Virus record (IMG/VR): IMGVR_UViG_3300025372_000001
Length of the DNA stretch: 64,000 nucleotides
Direction: 5' to 3' (one strand)
Source: a virus
Taxonomy: Duplodnaviria; Caudoviricetes
Position 1 is the stretch's first letter, and the number at the start of each line of letters is the position of its first letter. Below the pieces are notes generated by a model. The model saw only the letters and a program-made list of their open reading frames with translations. It had not been told where the DNA came from and ran no database searches. Below, in pieces: positions 36,489 through 46,627 of this stretch. Made by a program: the position numbers and the translations under genes.

Positions 36489-38240
36489 TTATTCTACTAT
36501 TCTCGTAAGACCCCTTTCTTTCTCTAATCTAATTACATTCCCATCCGAAATCATAATATTATTCGGATTGTGTGTGATAATATAATATGCCTCATTGTTC
36601 TGTTCACTCATTATTTTCAACAATTCCATAATTTCTTCTGCTGCTTTTGAATCAATGGACGAATCAAACAATTCATCAAACACAGAAATATTAACTGTCA
36701 CATTACTTTGTAATCTTCTAATATCTCTAAAAGTAAACAACATGGAAAAACAAACTCGTCCCTTTTCTCCATCAGATAATCTATCATAAGATATAGTCTT
36801 TCCTTTCGGATTAACCACAGTTTCTTCGAAAAATTCATCAAAGGTAATACTACAAGGCGTATTCAATCTCTTCAAATAGAAATTCAATCTCTCATTAATT
36901 GTATCCAATATCTTACTAGTAATAAATGCCTTTACTCCTGTCGGAGAAAAAGTAATCTTAACTCCTTCCAATATTGCTACTTCTTTTTTTAACTCTTGGA
37001 ACACTGTTCGTCTTGCTTCCAAATAAGTCTTATCATTTGTAACCTTTTCCAAAAACGGATTAACTGATGATTCGATTCTTGCTCGTTCCTTAATAGTTGC
37101 TAAAATTCGATCTTGCGACTTATGATAAACATCTTGCTTTTCTTGTGTCCTTTTCTTCTTTTCTTCTAATGCCTTAAATTCCTTTTCAGTTAAATTATAA
37201 CGTTGTTGAAGAGTATCATAAACATTAACCAATTGAGTAATTTTATTATTTAATTCCTTGATAACTTCTTGAATTTGTTTCTTTTCATCATCGAAGGAAT
37301 GAGTATCATTGTTATCAAAAGAACGTTTACAAGTAGGACAAAAAGTAGGTTTATCTTCTAATTTCTTTAGCTTACTTGTTTCGTTTCTTAATTCGGTTGA
37401 TACTTCTGCTTTTCTGACAGATGCTCGTTGTTTCTTTTCAGTTATATTAGTTAATGATGCTTTCTTTAATTCTAAATCTCTATCCAGTTGTCTTAATTCT
37501 TCGGTTAAGTCAATAGGATGAACTTGTTTCAATTCATTCAATAATTTATCATAATCAAGAAGTGCCTGTTCTTTGCGTTTCTCATGGCTTTCTGCATATG
37601 CTTCATCTTTCTCGATGGACTTTACTAACTCTTGTATTCGAGCCTCTTCTTTGCCCATTTCTGTGCATTTAAGAGCATGTTCATCTTTTGCATCCTTGGC
37701 AAGTTTACTAAACACTTCTAATCCTAGAATACCTTCAATAAATTTAGTTTTTAAAGATTTCTCTTGAGAAAGGAATGCAGAAGATTCTTTACTAGTCATT
37801 ACTAAAGTATTAGTGAATACTTCTTTAGTAATTCCTAGATCATTGAGAATGTCTTTAGTTGTTTCAGGTTTAGTTTTGGTTTTATCTTCTCTAGTACCAT
37901 CAGGATGAACAACGAATCTGGTTAATTCATCGGGGGAAAGAGAACGCATGATTTCATAGTTGATCCCGTTAACTGAATACCAACATTCAACGATACATGC
38001 ATCTTTGGCATGATCATTTTTGATTTCTTTTTGATTGATATTTCGATAGGTTTTACCGAATAGAACGAAAGAGAGCGGTTCAACGATTAGAGAAGTTTTT
38101 CCGACTCCGTTAAAAGAATTATCGTCTTTGTTGAAACCGGTGATGAAGTTGATGCCTTCTTGAAAGATTAATTCAGTTGGTTCATTTCCATATGAGAGGA
38201 AATTTCTAATTCGTATTTTTTCAAATATTACTTTTTTCAT
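36489..38240 (-). CDS. gp46: Recombination endonuclease ATPase subunit gp46 (Rad50/SbcC-like)
   Basis: NFLSYGN, NGVGKTS, Zn hook CPTC, LSDGEKGR, FDELFDSSID, IITHN. Confidence 0.95.
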   Translation of the reverse strand: MKKVIFEKIRIRNFLSYGNEPTELIFQEGINFITGFNKDDNSFNGVGKTSLIVEPLSFVLFGKTYRNINQKEIKNDHAKDACIVECWYSVNGINYEIMRSLSPDELTRFVVHPDGTREDKTKTKPETTKDILNDLGITKEVFTNTLVMTSKESSAFLSQEKSLKTKFIEGILGLEVFSKLAKDAKDEHALKCTEMGKEEARIQELVKSIEKDEAYAESHEKRKEQALLDYDKLLNELKQVHPIDLTEELRQLDRDLELKKASLTNITEKKQRASVRKAEVSTELRNETSKLKKLEDKPTFCPTCKRSFDNNDTHSFDDEKKQIQEVIKELNNKITQLVNVYDTLQQRYNLTEKEFKALEEKKKRTQEKQDVYHKSQDRILATIKERARIESSVNPFLEKVTNDKTYLEARRTVFQELKKEVAILEGVKITFSPTGVKAFITSKILDTINERLNFYLKRLNTPCSITFDEFFEETVVNPKGKTISYDRLSDGEKGRVCFSMLFTFRDIRRLQSNVTVNISVFDELFDSSIDSKAAEEIMELLKIMSEQNNEAYYIITHNPNNIMISDGNVIRLEKERGLTRIVE

Positions 38241-38441
38241 TTAAATGTGCTTAAACATTGAACATTTTTCTTGTCCTAAATCTTCATTATCAATAACAAT
38301 GATATTCATTCCAACTTGGAAAGCATTATAATTGTAATAAAGGCATTTCCTGAAATCAGGAGAATCAAAGAACATACCTTTCTTTGTAGTAGGTAATTTA
38401 CTACATTTTCCTTCGTCTGACATAAAAATACATTTATTCAT
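38241..38441 (-). CDS. Small Cys-rich hypothetical protein
   Basis: 66 aa with four Cys. Confidence 0.45.
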   Translation of the reverse strand: MNKCIFMSDEGKCSKLPTTKKGMFFDSPDFRKCLYYNYNAFQVGMNIIVIDNEDLGQEKCSMFKHI

Positions 38442-38444
38442 AAT

Positions 38445-38744
38445 TTATTCTAATATATAGCAATCTTCATCACCTGTTGCATCTTTGGGACAAATTTCTG
38501 GTTTACAAGAAAGAAAAGTCCGAAGTTCTTCTTTAGTGGAGAATTTAAAAGTGTTCCAACCATCAAATCGAGATTGAATAGCTAATATTGCTTCCTCTGA
38601 ACAATAACCATTTAATAATGCAGCGGTGCAAGGGCCGCTATACTTATAGTGTTCCGAATCTACAGGAAATAAAATTAAAGAATGTAGTAAACACTGCTCA
38701 AAGTTTTCTTGATTTTCTAATATTTGATCTAAGGTATATTTCAT
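38445..38744 (-). CDS. Hypothetical protein
   Basis: 99-aa ORF. Confidence 0.55.
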   Translation of the reverse strand: MKYTLDQILENQENFEQCLLHSLILFPVDSEHYKYSGPCTAALLNGYCSEEAILAIQSRFDGWNTFKFSTKEELRTFLSCKPEICPKDATGDEDCYILE

Positions 38745-39751
38745 TGTTTAAAACTTAAAATTAATTCATTCACTTTCTCTTGTGACATATCCGCATATTC
38801 TTGTTTGGTATGAAGTTTACGTAATTCACCCATGACTCTTCCTACTTCTTTACCATCACTAATATTGATAAGTTCCATGACTTTATAACCATTAACCTTT
38901 TCTTTAAAGGCTTTATCAAAAAGATAGCGAACTTTATTCTTTTTGATAGATTCTTTTAAAATAGGAAAACGTTCCGCCCATTCACAAATATAATATTCGC
39001 GTCGTTGAAAAACGTGTCGATTATATTTCCATGAATTCTTTTCAAGCCATTCTACGAAACCCTTGTAAACGATTCTCTTAGAATTTCTCACGCGATTTAC
39101 GTGGTTAAGATTTTCAAATTTGAAGATTTCAGGATCAAAATATTTTGAACTAGCTACCCAATGATATACTTCTTCATTGGTATCAAATCCATTTTTCCAA
39201 TGTTCATAATCGAATCCTAATAAGGGAAGAATAACTGAAAAGTCCTTTGTAAGAATGACCTTTTCCATAATATTATCATTATCTAAGAAGTTTAATTTAC
39301 TTTCAAAGAAACTCTGACGAATCCAATAAGATAAACCCGTGTGTCCTAGATGAACATCCATCTTGTGAGCAATCCTACCTTGAAACATGCCAACGTCGCC
39401 CCAACTAGTATAATCAATAGAAGATTGATAATCCTTCATTGGAACAAAGGTTAAATCTACTTGAAATCCTGCAATAGGAAATGAAATAACATTGGAATTT
39501 ACATGAACCTCCATTTGAAGATATTCTTCTAGTGTACGTCGAGTATCCAGAGAACCATCCATTCCAACAATAATATCTAAGTCTCCGGGAGATTCTTTTA
39601 GTCGAATTGACGGAGCAACACCTAATTTCCAAGTAGAAGGAAATACTTCTTTCATATCACGAAGAATATTATCTTTAAAGATATGATATTCTTCGTTAGA
39701 AAGTCGCTTTTCTGGCAAATCCCAGATTGATTGAATTAGTTTTCCACCCAT
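38741..39751 (-). CDS. Pol-beta-superfamily nucleotidyltransferase (start revised to ATG 39751)
   Basis: MGGK…, SIRLKESPGDLDIIV, FQVDL, WGDVG; TTGCCT-17-TAGTAT promoter 8 nt upstream. Confidence 0.75.
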   Translation of the reverse strand: MGGKLIQSIWDLPEKRLSNEEYHIFKDNILRDMKEVFPSTWKLGVAPSIRLKESPGDLDIIVGMDGSLDTRRTLEEYLQMEVHVNSNVISFPIAGFQVDLTFVPMKDYQSSIDYTSWGDVGMFQGRIAHKMDVHLGHTGLSYWIRQSFFESKLNFLDNDNIMEKVILTKDFSVILPLLGFDYEHWKNGFDTNEEVYHWVASSKYFDPEIFKFENLNHVNRVRNSKRIVYKGFVEWLEKNSWKYNRHVFQRREYYICEWAERFPILKESIKKNKVRYLFDKAFKEKVNGYKVMELINISDGKEVGRVMGELRKLHTKQEYADMSQEKVNELILSFKQ

Positions 39752-39792
39752 GATTCCATATACTAACACATGGAATCTATATAGGCAAATTA

Positions 39793-39999
39793 TTAACTAA
39801 GAGTTGCCTTAATTACTTCCAATTGTTTAGCAGAAATTTCCCCCTTAATAAATTTTTCGATATTTTCTCGAAGAATATCTGCTTTAGTAATTTCTTTAGG
39901 AGCAGGGGGGGCAACAGGTTGAGGAGTAGGTCCGAAATTGCCGCGAATTGGATCAGGATAGTTGGATACACCAAAGGTGCTAGAGGTTGTCATGGACAT
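39793..39999 (-). CDS. Small hypothetical protein
   Basis: 68-aa ORF. Confidence 0.5.
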   Translation of the reverse strand: MSMTTSSTFGVSNYPDPIRGNFGPTPQPVAPPAPKEITKADILRENIEKFIKGEISAKQLEVIKATLS

Positions 40000-40020
40000 A
40001 GATGGAGGTATTTATTTCCA

Positions 40021-40749
40021 TCAGATATAACTATCAATTCCTCTGTGCCAAATTCCGTCGTCTCTTCTTTCAATTATTCCTTGCTCAATATGAACCAATT
40101 CTCCTACTCGTTCCCCATTAACCCTCAATAAACAAGTCTTTAAACAATCTAATGTTTCTACTTCTATTCCATGATAATTAACCAGAAACATTAGGAATCT
40201 TTCATAGAAAGAATTTCCGCCCATTCTAATATAATATGGCAATAGATCGTATCCATCAGCAATCAAATCCATATTCGTTGAATTAGTAATATAAAATCTA
40301 TCACATAGTCCGTGCCAATCATCATGGTTCAATGTCCATATTTTTTGGAAATCAAATTCTTCAATATTATCAGGTAAAGCAGTATCTTCTAAGAGAAGTA
40401 AATCGGGTCGAACACGAACAACAATATCATATTTAAAATTATGGGCTTCTTCGTATCTTTGTTTTATTTTATTACATTGTTGTAAGCAATACAATTGTCG
40501 AAACATTCCTTGAGTAGCATGTTCATTGACTAAATCAAGATTAAGGTCTTTTCTCGTTTCGGAATGAAATTTTATAACATGATCATTTACTCCTAAAAAG
40601 GTGTTCATTTTATCAATATGGGGGTCATCTTGCCAGAAAAAGATAAAAATATCATAATCCTTAAATTTAGAGAGTATATTCTTCTCTAATAGATGAAACG
40701 TTTTATCGAGGGAACGAAATTCACCGGAAAAACAAATAGCAGTTCTCAT
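40021..40749 (-). CDS. Putative glycosyltransferase (GT-A-like)
   Basis: AICFSGEFRS, YDIFIFFW, YDIVVRVRPDL, CDRFYI. Confidence 0.65.
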   Translation of the reverse strand: MRTAICFSGEFRSLDKTFHLLEKNILSKFKDYDIFIFFWQDDPHIDKMNTFLGVNDHVIKFHSETRKDLNLDLVNEHATQGMFRQLYCLQQCNKIKQRYEEAHNFKYDIVVRVRPDLLLLEDTALPDNIEEFDFQKIWTLNHDDWHGLCDRFYITNSTNMDLIADGYDLLPYYIRMGGNSFYERFLMFLVNYHGIEVETLDCLKTCLLRVNGERVGELVHIEQGIIERRDDGIWHRGIDSYI

Positions 40750-41717
40750 TATAAACTATCAAGGAATACTGATTTAAATTTCTTCATCACTTCATTAGGA
40801 GTAAATGCTTTATAGGCATTCCAATCTCTATAAGTCCATTCCTTATTAAATGAGGATAATATCTGATAAACTTCTTCTTTATTAGAATAATAAATTCCTT
40901 TATCTTTCAGGGTAAAGATATGATTTCTTTCAGGACTATTAGCATAAGTGATAACTGGTTTATTGCATAAAGAAAATTCTGCACATGCTGCTCCGAAACT
41001 TTCTCCTACATGTCTAGCATGAATCATTGCATCACAAGTATTAATGAACTTCCTTTTAACGGTTAAATCCGCAAAAGGATGGGTATGAATGATTCGAGGA
41101 TGATTGAAGAATTGAGGAGTTTGAGCAAAAAGAAAGTAAACATCATCTCGTTCAGATAAGATTTTAACTATTGCTTCATTTACGAAATGAATATCCCAGC
41201 CATAATGTCCGCCCATTCTACCAAACACAATTGCATCACGAGGAATACCAATTTGTTCTCTAAAGTCTTCTTGAGTGTCTGGTAAATGAACACAATAAGG
41301 AACAAAAGGATGCTCTCCTTTAGAGCAATGAATGCTTGACCATTCAGAAACATATGCATATACTTTTCCATGAGGTTCGTTGTTCATTCCTACTACATGA
41401 ACAAACATGGGAACATTATTGACCCATCTTCCTTCATTGATTTTACCGTTTTTTTGAAGATAACAAGCGGCAGCATTATGTTGAGTAATTGCATCCTCAA
41501 GAGCAGGCATATTTTGTGTTCCCGGTAATGCAACTAATTCAATATTATGTTGTTTGAATTTCTCAATTACTAAAGGACTGTTATAGGAATTAACTTCATC
41601 ATAAATCATCACAGATTTATTTCCAAGAATGGATTGATTGAAGTGACAATAATCGAAGTAGGAAACTCCTGTTCCTTGGAGGTCCATATGAGGTTGATAA
41701 AATGCTAAAGTGCTCAC
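40749..41717 (-). CDS. GT-B (GT4-like) glycosyltransferase
   Basis: QGTGVSYFDY, FGRMGG, FINTCDAMIHARHVGESFGAACAEFSLCNKPVIT. Confidence 0.8.
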   Translation of the reverse strand: MSTLAFYQPHMDLQGTGVSYFDYCHFNQSILGNKSVMIYDEVNSYNSPLVIEKFKQHNIELVALPGTQNMPALEDAITQHNAAACYLQKNGKINEGRWVNNVPMFVHVVGMNNEPHGKVYAYVSEWSSIHCSKGEHPFVPYCVHLPDTQEDFREQIGIPRDAIVFGRMGGHYGWDIHFVNEAIVKILSERDDVYFLFAQTPQFFNHPRIIHTHPFADLTVKRKFINTCDAMIHARHVGESFGAACAEFSLCNKPVITYANSPERNHIFTLKDKGIYYSNKEEVYQILSSFNKEWTYRDWNAYKAFTPNEVMKKFKSVFLDSL

Positions 41718-42532
41718 AATAAACTATATTCTTTTTGTTCTCTAATCTGTTCTTTGATACTTTTAGTAACCAACTTAGTAGTATCGTAAATAGAATCAAG
41801 CGTTCGGTAAATGCTCTTTGGCGCAAAAGATGGGATAATATCCACGGTCAAGCCATATAATTCATTGATTTTAGTAATCAAATCAAATTTGGAACAAACA
41901 TCGGGAGAATGAATATGTCGAACTCCTTCCCATATCATATTGTTTTCTATGATATGATGAATAAATTTGCTTAATTCTAAGCAAGTTACGCCATTCCATA
42001 AATGATTATCATAGCCATTTATAGTTTGACCTTTACTAGCTTTTACCCATTCTAATAGGGATTTTTTATGTCTAAGTTCTTCTCCGATAATAGACGTGCG
42101 AATGACACATGCTTTATCTGGTTCTCCTAAGCTTTTACTTTTACCATAAACACTTGTTTCATCGTGTTCATCTTTTTCATCATAACCGCCAGTTCTACCC
42201 GAAAAGACACAATCAGTGGTAATATGAATTAACTTAGCTCCGAGAGCACTACAAAGATATTGCAATTCATGTGGCAGAACAGAATTAATCAATATGCTAT
42301 CTAGAGGATTTGAGTCTTTTCGTTGAGGTACAATACCGATACAATTAATGACAATATCATTTTTAGACAAAACTAGATGTCTATTTAAACATGTAATACT
42401 TTCCCCATTTAGCGACAGGTTATTACGTGTGAAGTGTAATATCCTATAATCTTTAACGGGATTGCGTTTTAGATATGTATACACATATCTTCCTAACATC
42501 CCATTTGCTCCTAATACTAAAATATTATTCAT
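41714..42532 (-). CDS. rmlD: NDP-4-keto-6-deoxyhexose reductase (RmlD-like)
   Basis: GANGMLG, INCIG, HITTDCVFSG, YGKSK, IRTS. Confidence 0.88.
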   Translation of the reverse strand: MNNILVLGANGMLGRYVYTYLKRNPVKDYRILHFTRNNLSLNGESITCLNRHLVLSKNDIVINCIGIVPQRKDSNPLDSILINSVLPHELQYLCSALGAKLIHITTDCVFSGRTGGYDEKDEHDETSVYGKSKSLGEPDKACVIRTSIIGEELRHKKSLLEWVKASKGQTINGYDNHLWNGVTCLELSKFIHHIIENNMIWEGVRHIHSPDVCSKFDLITKINELYGLTVDIIPSFAPKSIYRTLDSIYDTTKLVTKSIKEQIREQKEYSLL

Positions 42533-43476
42533 GGTTTATAAAAATTATGCTCTTCTAAAAATTCATATAATTCTTTTTCATCGATTAAACAATTCCTAGA
42601 CGAATATTCATTATCAGTAAAAGAAAATGCATTGTTTTGTATGTTTTTATGAATATTGAAAACATCATATTGATCATTCCAAGTCGTTCTCGGCATCTCT
42701 TCTGGAGCAATCATCAATTCATGAATCTTTTCATTAGGCCGTGGAACGGTAATATCATACTTTAATTTAAAAATATCATGATATATATTAAACAAATCTT
42801 TAACTTTGAAGCTCATTGCAGCAGGAACAACATTGACATTATTAAATTGCAATGATTTATAAATCAAATCCATTGCTTCTTCAATAGTTAAAAGAAACCT
42901 TGTCATATCCTCCCCAAACAAGGACAAAGTTTTATCATTCTTAATATATTTCCAAATTAAAGGAATAATTGAACCGGTTGAATTAACTACATTGCCATAT
43001 ACAACAGAAACTAATCGAGTAGAAACGTCTTCATTATTAGAAATAAAACTTTCAGAAGCAGTAAATTTCATTGAACCGTAAATGGTACTTGCTGCTCTAC
43101 TTTTATCAGAAGAAATAAAACAAGCAGCTTTCAACTTGTTATCAATTGCTGCCTTCTTTGAATTGAATGCGCCCTGAACAATGATTTGATTGGCTTCTTC
43201 GTAATTAGTTTCACATGCCTCGATTTGCTTCATACTTGCTGCAAAGATACCAATATCCATTCCTCTCATTGATCTATTCAAATGATCAAAATTACGAATA
43301 TCCCCGACAATAAATTTAACCTTGGGAAACTCTTTCTTTAAGAAATAATGTTTGGCTTCATCTCTGGAGAAAACGGTAATTTCATTATTTTGATATAAAT
43401 CCTTGATTAGATTTTTACCAAGATAACCTGCTCCTCCCGTGATAAAAACACGGGAATTTATGGGTCGATAACTCAT
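42529..43476 (-). CDS. UDP-GlcNAc 4,6-dehydratase (PseB/FnlA/CapD family)
   Basis: TGGAGYLG, FSRDEAK, GDIR, AASMKQI, SSDKS, YGSMK, YGNVVNSTGSIIP, MTRF, RPNEKIHE. Confidence 0.88.
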   Translation of the reverse strand: MSYRPINSRVFITGGAGYLGKNLIKDLYQNNEITVFSRDEAKHYFLKKEFPKVKFIVGDIRNFDHLNRSMRGMDIGIFAASMKQIEACETNYEEANQIIVQGAFNSKKAAIDNKLKAACFISSDKSRAASTIYGSMKFTASESFISNNEDVSTRLVSVVYGNVVNSTGSIIPLIWKYIKNDKTLSLFGEDMTRFLLTIEEAMDLIYKSLQFNNVNVVPAAMSFKVKDLFNIYHDIFKLKYDITVPRPNEKIHELMIAPEEMPRTTWNDQYDVFNIHKNIQNNAFSFTDNEYSSRNCLIDEKELYEFLEEHNFYKP

Positions 43477-44048
43477 GCTAGGGTCAATATATCATCAATA
43501 CTCTGTCCTTGCAAGATGATACTTTTATTATTAAAGTAATAATCAAAGTCTTTTCTTTCATAAACTAAAATATTCTTATTTGGTTGAACTTTAACAACAC
43601 CTAATACATCATTACTTGGAAAGATATAAGAAAAAGCATTAAAATTCGGATTGCCTCTGATTTCAATAAATGAAATATATGCGGTTCCACTAGCAGTTTG
43701 TTTAGTATTATCTAAATTCTCTGGTCCAACATCATGCATGAAAATAATTCCATCAGGATTTAATGCTTTTACTGCATTCTCAAAATCTTTATTAACTTGC
43801 GAGTATTCGTGGTATGCATCAATATAAATCACATCAAATGTTTGAGTATTCTGTTTAAAGAAATCATCGGTTGTTCCCAAGAAATCAGGTCTTGTCCGAG
43901 GATTAGTATCTATTCCTTTTTTATGTAAACATTTAATTCTATCAAATGTTTCTCTTGCTTCTCCTAATCCTAATTCAAGATAAGAAGAATATTGCTTATG
44001 TTCTATAACTCGGTTGATTAATTCAAATTTATCTTTCATATTGTTCAA
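43473..44048 (-). CDS. Class I SAM-dependent methyltransferase (Methyltransf_24-like, probably a glycan O-methyltransferase)
   Basis: YLELGLG, FDVIYIDAYHEY..V..D, LNPDGIIFMHD. Confidence 0.8.
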   Translation of the reverse strand: MNNMKDKFELINRVIEHKQYSSYLELGLGEARETFDRIKCLHKKGIDTNPRTRPDFLGTTDDFFKQNTQTFDVIYIDAYHEYSQVNKDFENAVKALNPDGIIFMHDVGPENLDNTKQTASGTAYISFIEIRGNPNFNAFSYIFPSNDVLGVVKVQPNKNILVYERKDFDYYFNNKSIILQGQSIDDILTLA

Positions 44049-44952
44049 TTTTATCCATTACGTATCTGGCTCTGGCAATAGTTGTTCCATTTTCTTTCAA
44101 CCATTTCTGTTGAGCCTCGTATAATTCTATATATTCCTTCGTTGGTTTATTATCAATTACCAATCTATTCATTATCTCATATAATTCTTGTTCAGTATGA
44201 TATGAAATAGTTGGAAGATTTCGAGGTTCCATTAAAGGATGTTTATCTTGGTAATTTTTAAACAATAAAACGGCTCCATTTGCCATTATTTCATAATGAC
44301 GAAGGCATTCCCATCCTCCTTTTACACAAGTCAAACCAAACCAACTTTCTTGAAGGTCTTTATAGTATTCTTCTTCTGCATTGAATTTTTGAGTAGAATT
44401 ATTCCGAAAACAAGCATCAGCAGGAGAAGTTTGTTGAAACAACTGTTTCTTTATTTCTAAATTTATATTTGATATTTTATGAGAAGGAATACCGAAACCA
44501 ATCGGCCAAACAGTATCAAAATCTTCCACTAATTCACGTTTAAAACATTTGGAAAGGAATTGTGTTCCAATAACTTCTTGCCCTTTATACGTTATTTTCC
44601 TTTCTGCATTACCATAAAGATCGTTTCCATCTGTATAGAATTGATTGGGATGATTTACGTTCCATCTGTCTCCGTAAATGAATCCTGAACCGTGAATAAC
44701 TACATCAAAATCAATTACTCTTAGATTATTTCTATCATATGATGCATCTTTGATGGGCGAAGTACAGAAAGTCATACCTTTTCCATGCAGTTTATTCATG
44801 GGAGATTCAGTAAAATCACCATAAAGTATTTTCTTTTTCGGAAATTCAACGAAGTCTTCTCCTAATAGTTCTCTTAATCCATGAACCAAGGTTAACTCAA
44901 GGTAATCGCCTTGAGCATTAGAATTTCTAGTACATAAAAATAAAACTTTCAT
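44029..44952 (-). CDS. Putative glycosyltransferase (GT-B-like)
   Basis: FKREL, PIGFGIP, KGGWECLRHYEIMANGAV. Confidence 0.65.
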   Translation of the reverse strand: MKVLFLCTRNSNAQGDYLELTLVHGLRELLGEDFVEFPKKKILYGDFTESPMNKLHGKGMTFCTSPIKDASYDRNNLRVIDFDVVIHGSGFIYGDRWNVNHPNQFYTDGNDLYGNAERKITYKGQEVIGTQFLSKCFKRELVEDFDTVWPIGFGIPSHKISNINLEIKKQLFQQTSPADACFRNNSTQKFNAEEEYYKDLQESWFGLTCVKGGWECLRHYEIMANGAVLLFKNYQDKHPLMEPRNLPTISYHTEQELYEIMNRLVIDNKPTKEYIELYEAQQKWLKENGTTIARARYVMDKIEQYER

Positions 44953-45713
44953 TATTGTTGAACCAATCTAATATCTGATAAATTATGAATAGGTCGATTT
45001 TGAATCATGCTACTGGCAGAAGGTCCACTATTAGGACGATTATATTCAATATTAAGTTGACTATCATTCCAATTTTTCCATGATTTTTTAATATCTTCTC
45101 GTTCTTTTCCTAAAAATAAATCCCACTGTTCGTATTTCTCTTCGGGAAGATTTTTAATGATAATGTTACTGTATCGCATATCGTATTTTGCATCCCAATG
45201 AGGTTGAGAATAACGACATTTACTGTTTATATCTTGTAAGGGACTTTTTGCTTCCCCATAATTATAATTTGACTCTTGTGATTCATATAATGCTAAATTA
45301 TGTTGTTTTAAACGGAAAACAAAATCTCTATCTTCCCATCCTCCTCCAATAAATCGTTCATCCCACCAACCAATCGTTCTAATTAATTGCTTGGAGAACA
45401 TCATGTACCCAACATTATACATAAAAGAAGCAGCATAACCTTCTTTCATATGATTAATCATTTTCAGTGCTTCTTCTAAAGTGATTATCGATCTATCATT
45501 GACAAAAATCATCCATTCATATTTGGAAGTAGCAATGGCATGATTCATCATTAAGCTATAAGACTTATAGGCATGGGGATAACGTTCCGAGCGTAAATTC
45601 CAATCAATCTCATAATTTCTTTCTAATTCTCCCAGAATATGTTTTTGTTCCTTCTCAATAGAAGATGAATGTCCTACATGTAAATTTATACTAATTTCTC
45701 CAATATCAATCAT
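44952..45713 (-). CDS. GT2/GT7-C-like glycosyltransferase
   Basis: MNHAIATS…IFVNDR, IGWWDERFIGGGWEDRDFVFR. Confidence 0.75.
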   Translation of the reverse strand: MIDIGEISINLHVGHSSSIEKEQKHILGELERNYEIDWNLRSERYPHAYKSYSLMMNHAIATSKYEWMIFVNDRSIITLEEALKMINHMKEGYAASFMYNVGYMMFSKQLIRTIGWWDERFIGGGWEDRDFVFRLKQHNLALYESQESNYNYGEAKSPLQDINSKCRYSQPHWDAKYDMRYSNIIIKNLPEEKYEQWDLFLGKEREDIKKSWKNWNDSQLNIEYNRPNSGPSASSMIQNRPIHNLSDIRLVQQ

Positions 45714-46627
45714 AATTTTTTAAAGTCGGTATATGCTAATTCTATTCCTTGTTCCAATTTAACCATTGGTTTCCATCCTAATGATTTAATAATATCCACA
45801 TTCATCAATTTAGAATAAGTTCCGTCTGGTTTAGTTGTATCCCAAATAATCTTTCCTTTATATCCAACTACTTTCTTAATAGTGTTTGCTAATTGGTTAA
45901 TAGATACATTTATTCCTGAACCAATATTGACTATATGAAATTCTGGTCTAGATTCAAGAACTTTATAACAACCTTTGGCAAGATCATCTGCCCAAAGAAA
46001 CTCTCTCAACGGTTTACCTGATCCCCACAAGGTAACAGTTGGTTTCTTTTCAATTTTTGCTTGATGAAATTTCTTAATTAAACCAGGAATAACATGAGAA
46101 TTTTGTTCATGATAATTATCACCAATTCCGTATAAGTTACAAGGCATCACTGATCTATAATTTAATCCATATTGTTGTGAATAATATTCACAAAGTTTAA
46201 TTCCGGCTATCTTGGCAATTGCATAAGGTTCATTAGTAGGTTCTAGTGAACTAGTTAATAATTGCTCTTCTTTAATGGGATTAGGAGTAACTTTGGGATA
46301 GATACAAGAGCTTCCTAAGTAGAGCAGGTCTTTGACTTGAGTTTTATATGCGGAATGAATGCAATTGGCAGCAATCATTAAGTTTTCATAAATGAAATCG
46401 GCAGGAAAGGTGGAATTGGCGAGTATGCCTCCTACTTTTCCTGCCGCAATGATTACCGAATCAATTTCTTCTGATTGAAAGAAATCTTCTACATCTTCTT
46501 GAGAGGTTAGATCAAGTTCTGAATGGGTTTTATAGACAGGTTCATATCTGGTTAAATCTAAGTTTTTTAGTAGGGAAGTTCCTACTAAACCTTTATGTCC
46601 TGCTATGAAAATCCTCTTACGCATCAA
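45710..46627 (-). CDS. fcl: GDP-L-fucose synthase
   Basis: AGHKGLVG, AAGKVGGILAN, LGSSCIYP, LEPTNEPYAIAKIAG, MPCNLYG, SHVIPGL, WGSGKPLREFL. Confidence 0.95.
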   Translation of the reverse strand: MMRKRIFIAGHKGLVGTSLLKNLDLTRYEPVYKTHSELDLTSQEDVEDFFQSEEIDSVIIAAGKVGGILANSTFPADFIYENLMIAANCIHSAYKTQVKDLLYLGSSCIYPKVTPNPIKEEQLLTSSLEPTNEPYAIAKIAGIKLCEYYSQQYGLNYRSVMPCNLYGIGDNYHEQNSHVIPGLIKKFHQAKIEKKPTVTLWGSGKPLREFLWADDLAKGCYKVLESRPEFHIVNIGSGINVSINQLANTIKKVVGYKGKIIWDTTKPDGTYSKLMNVDIIKSLGWKPMVKLEQGIELAYTDFKKL

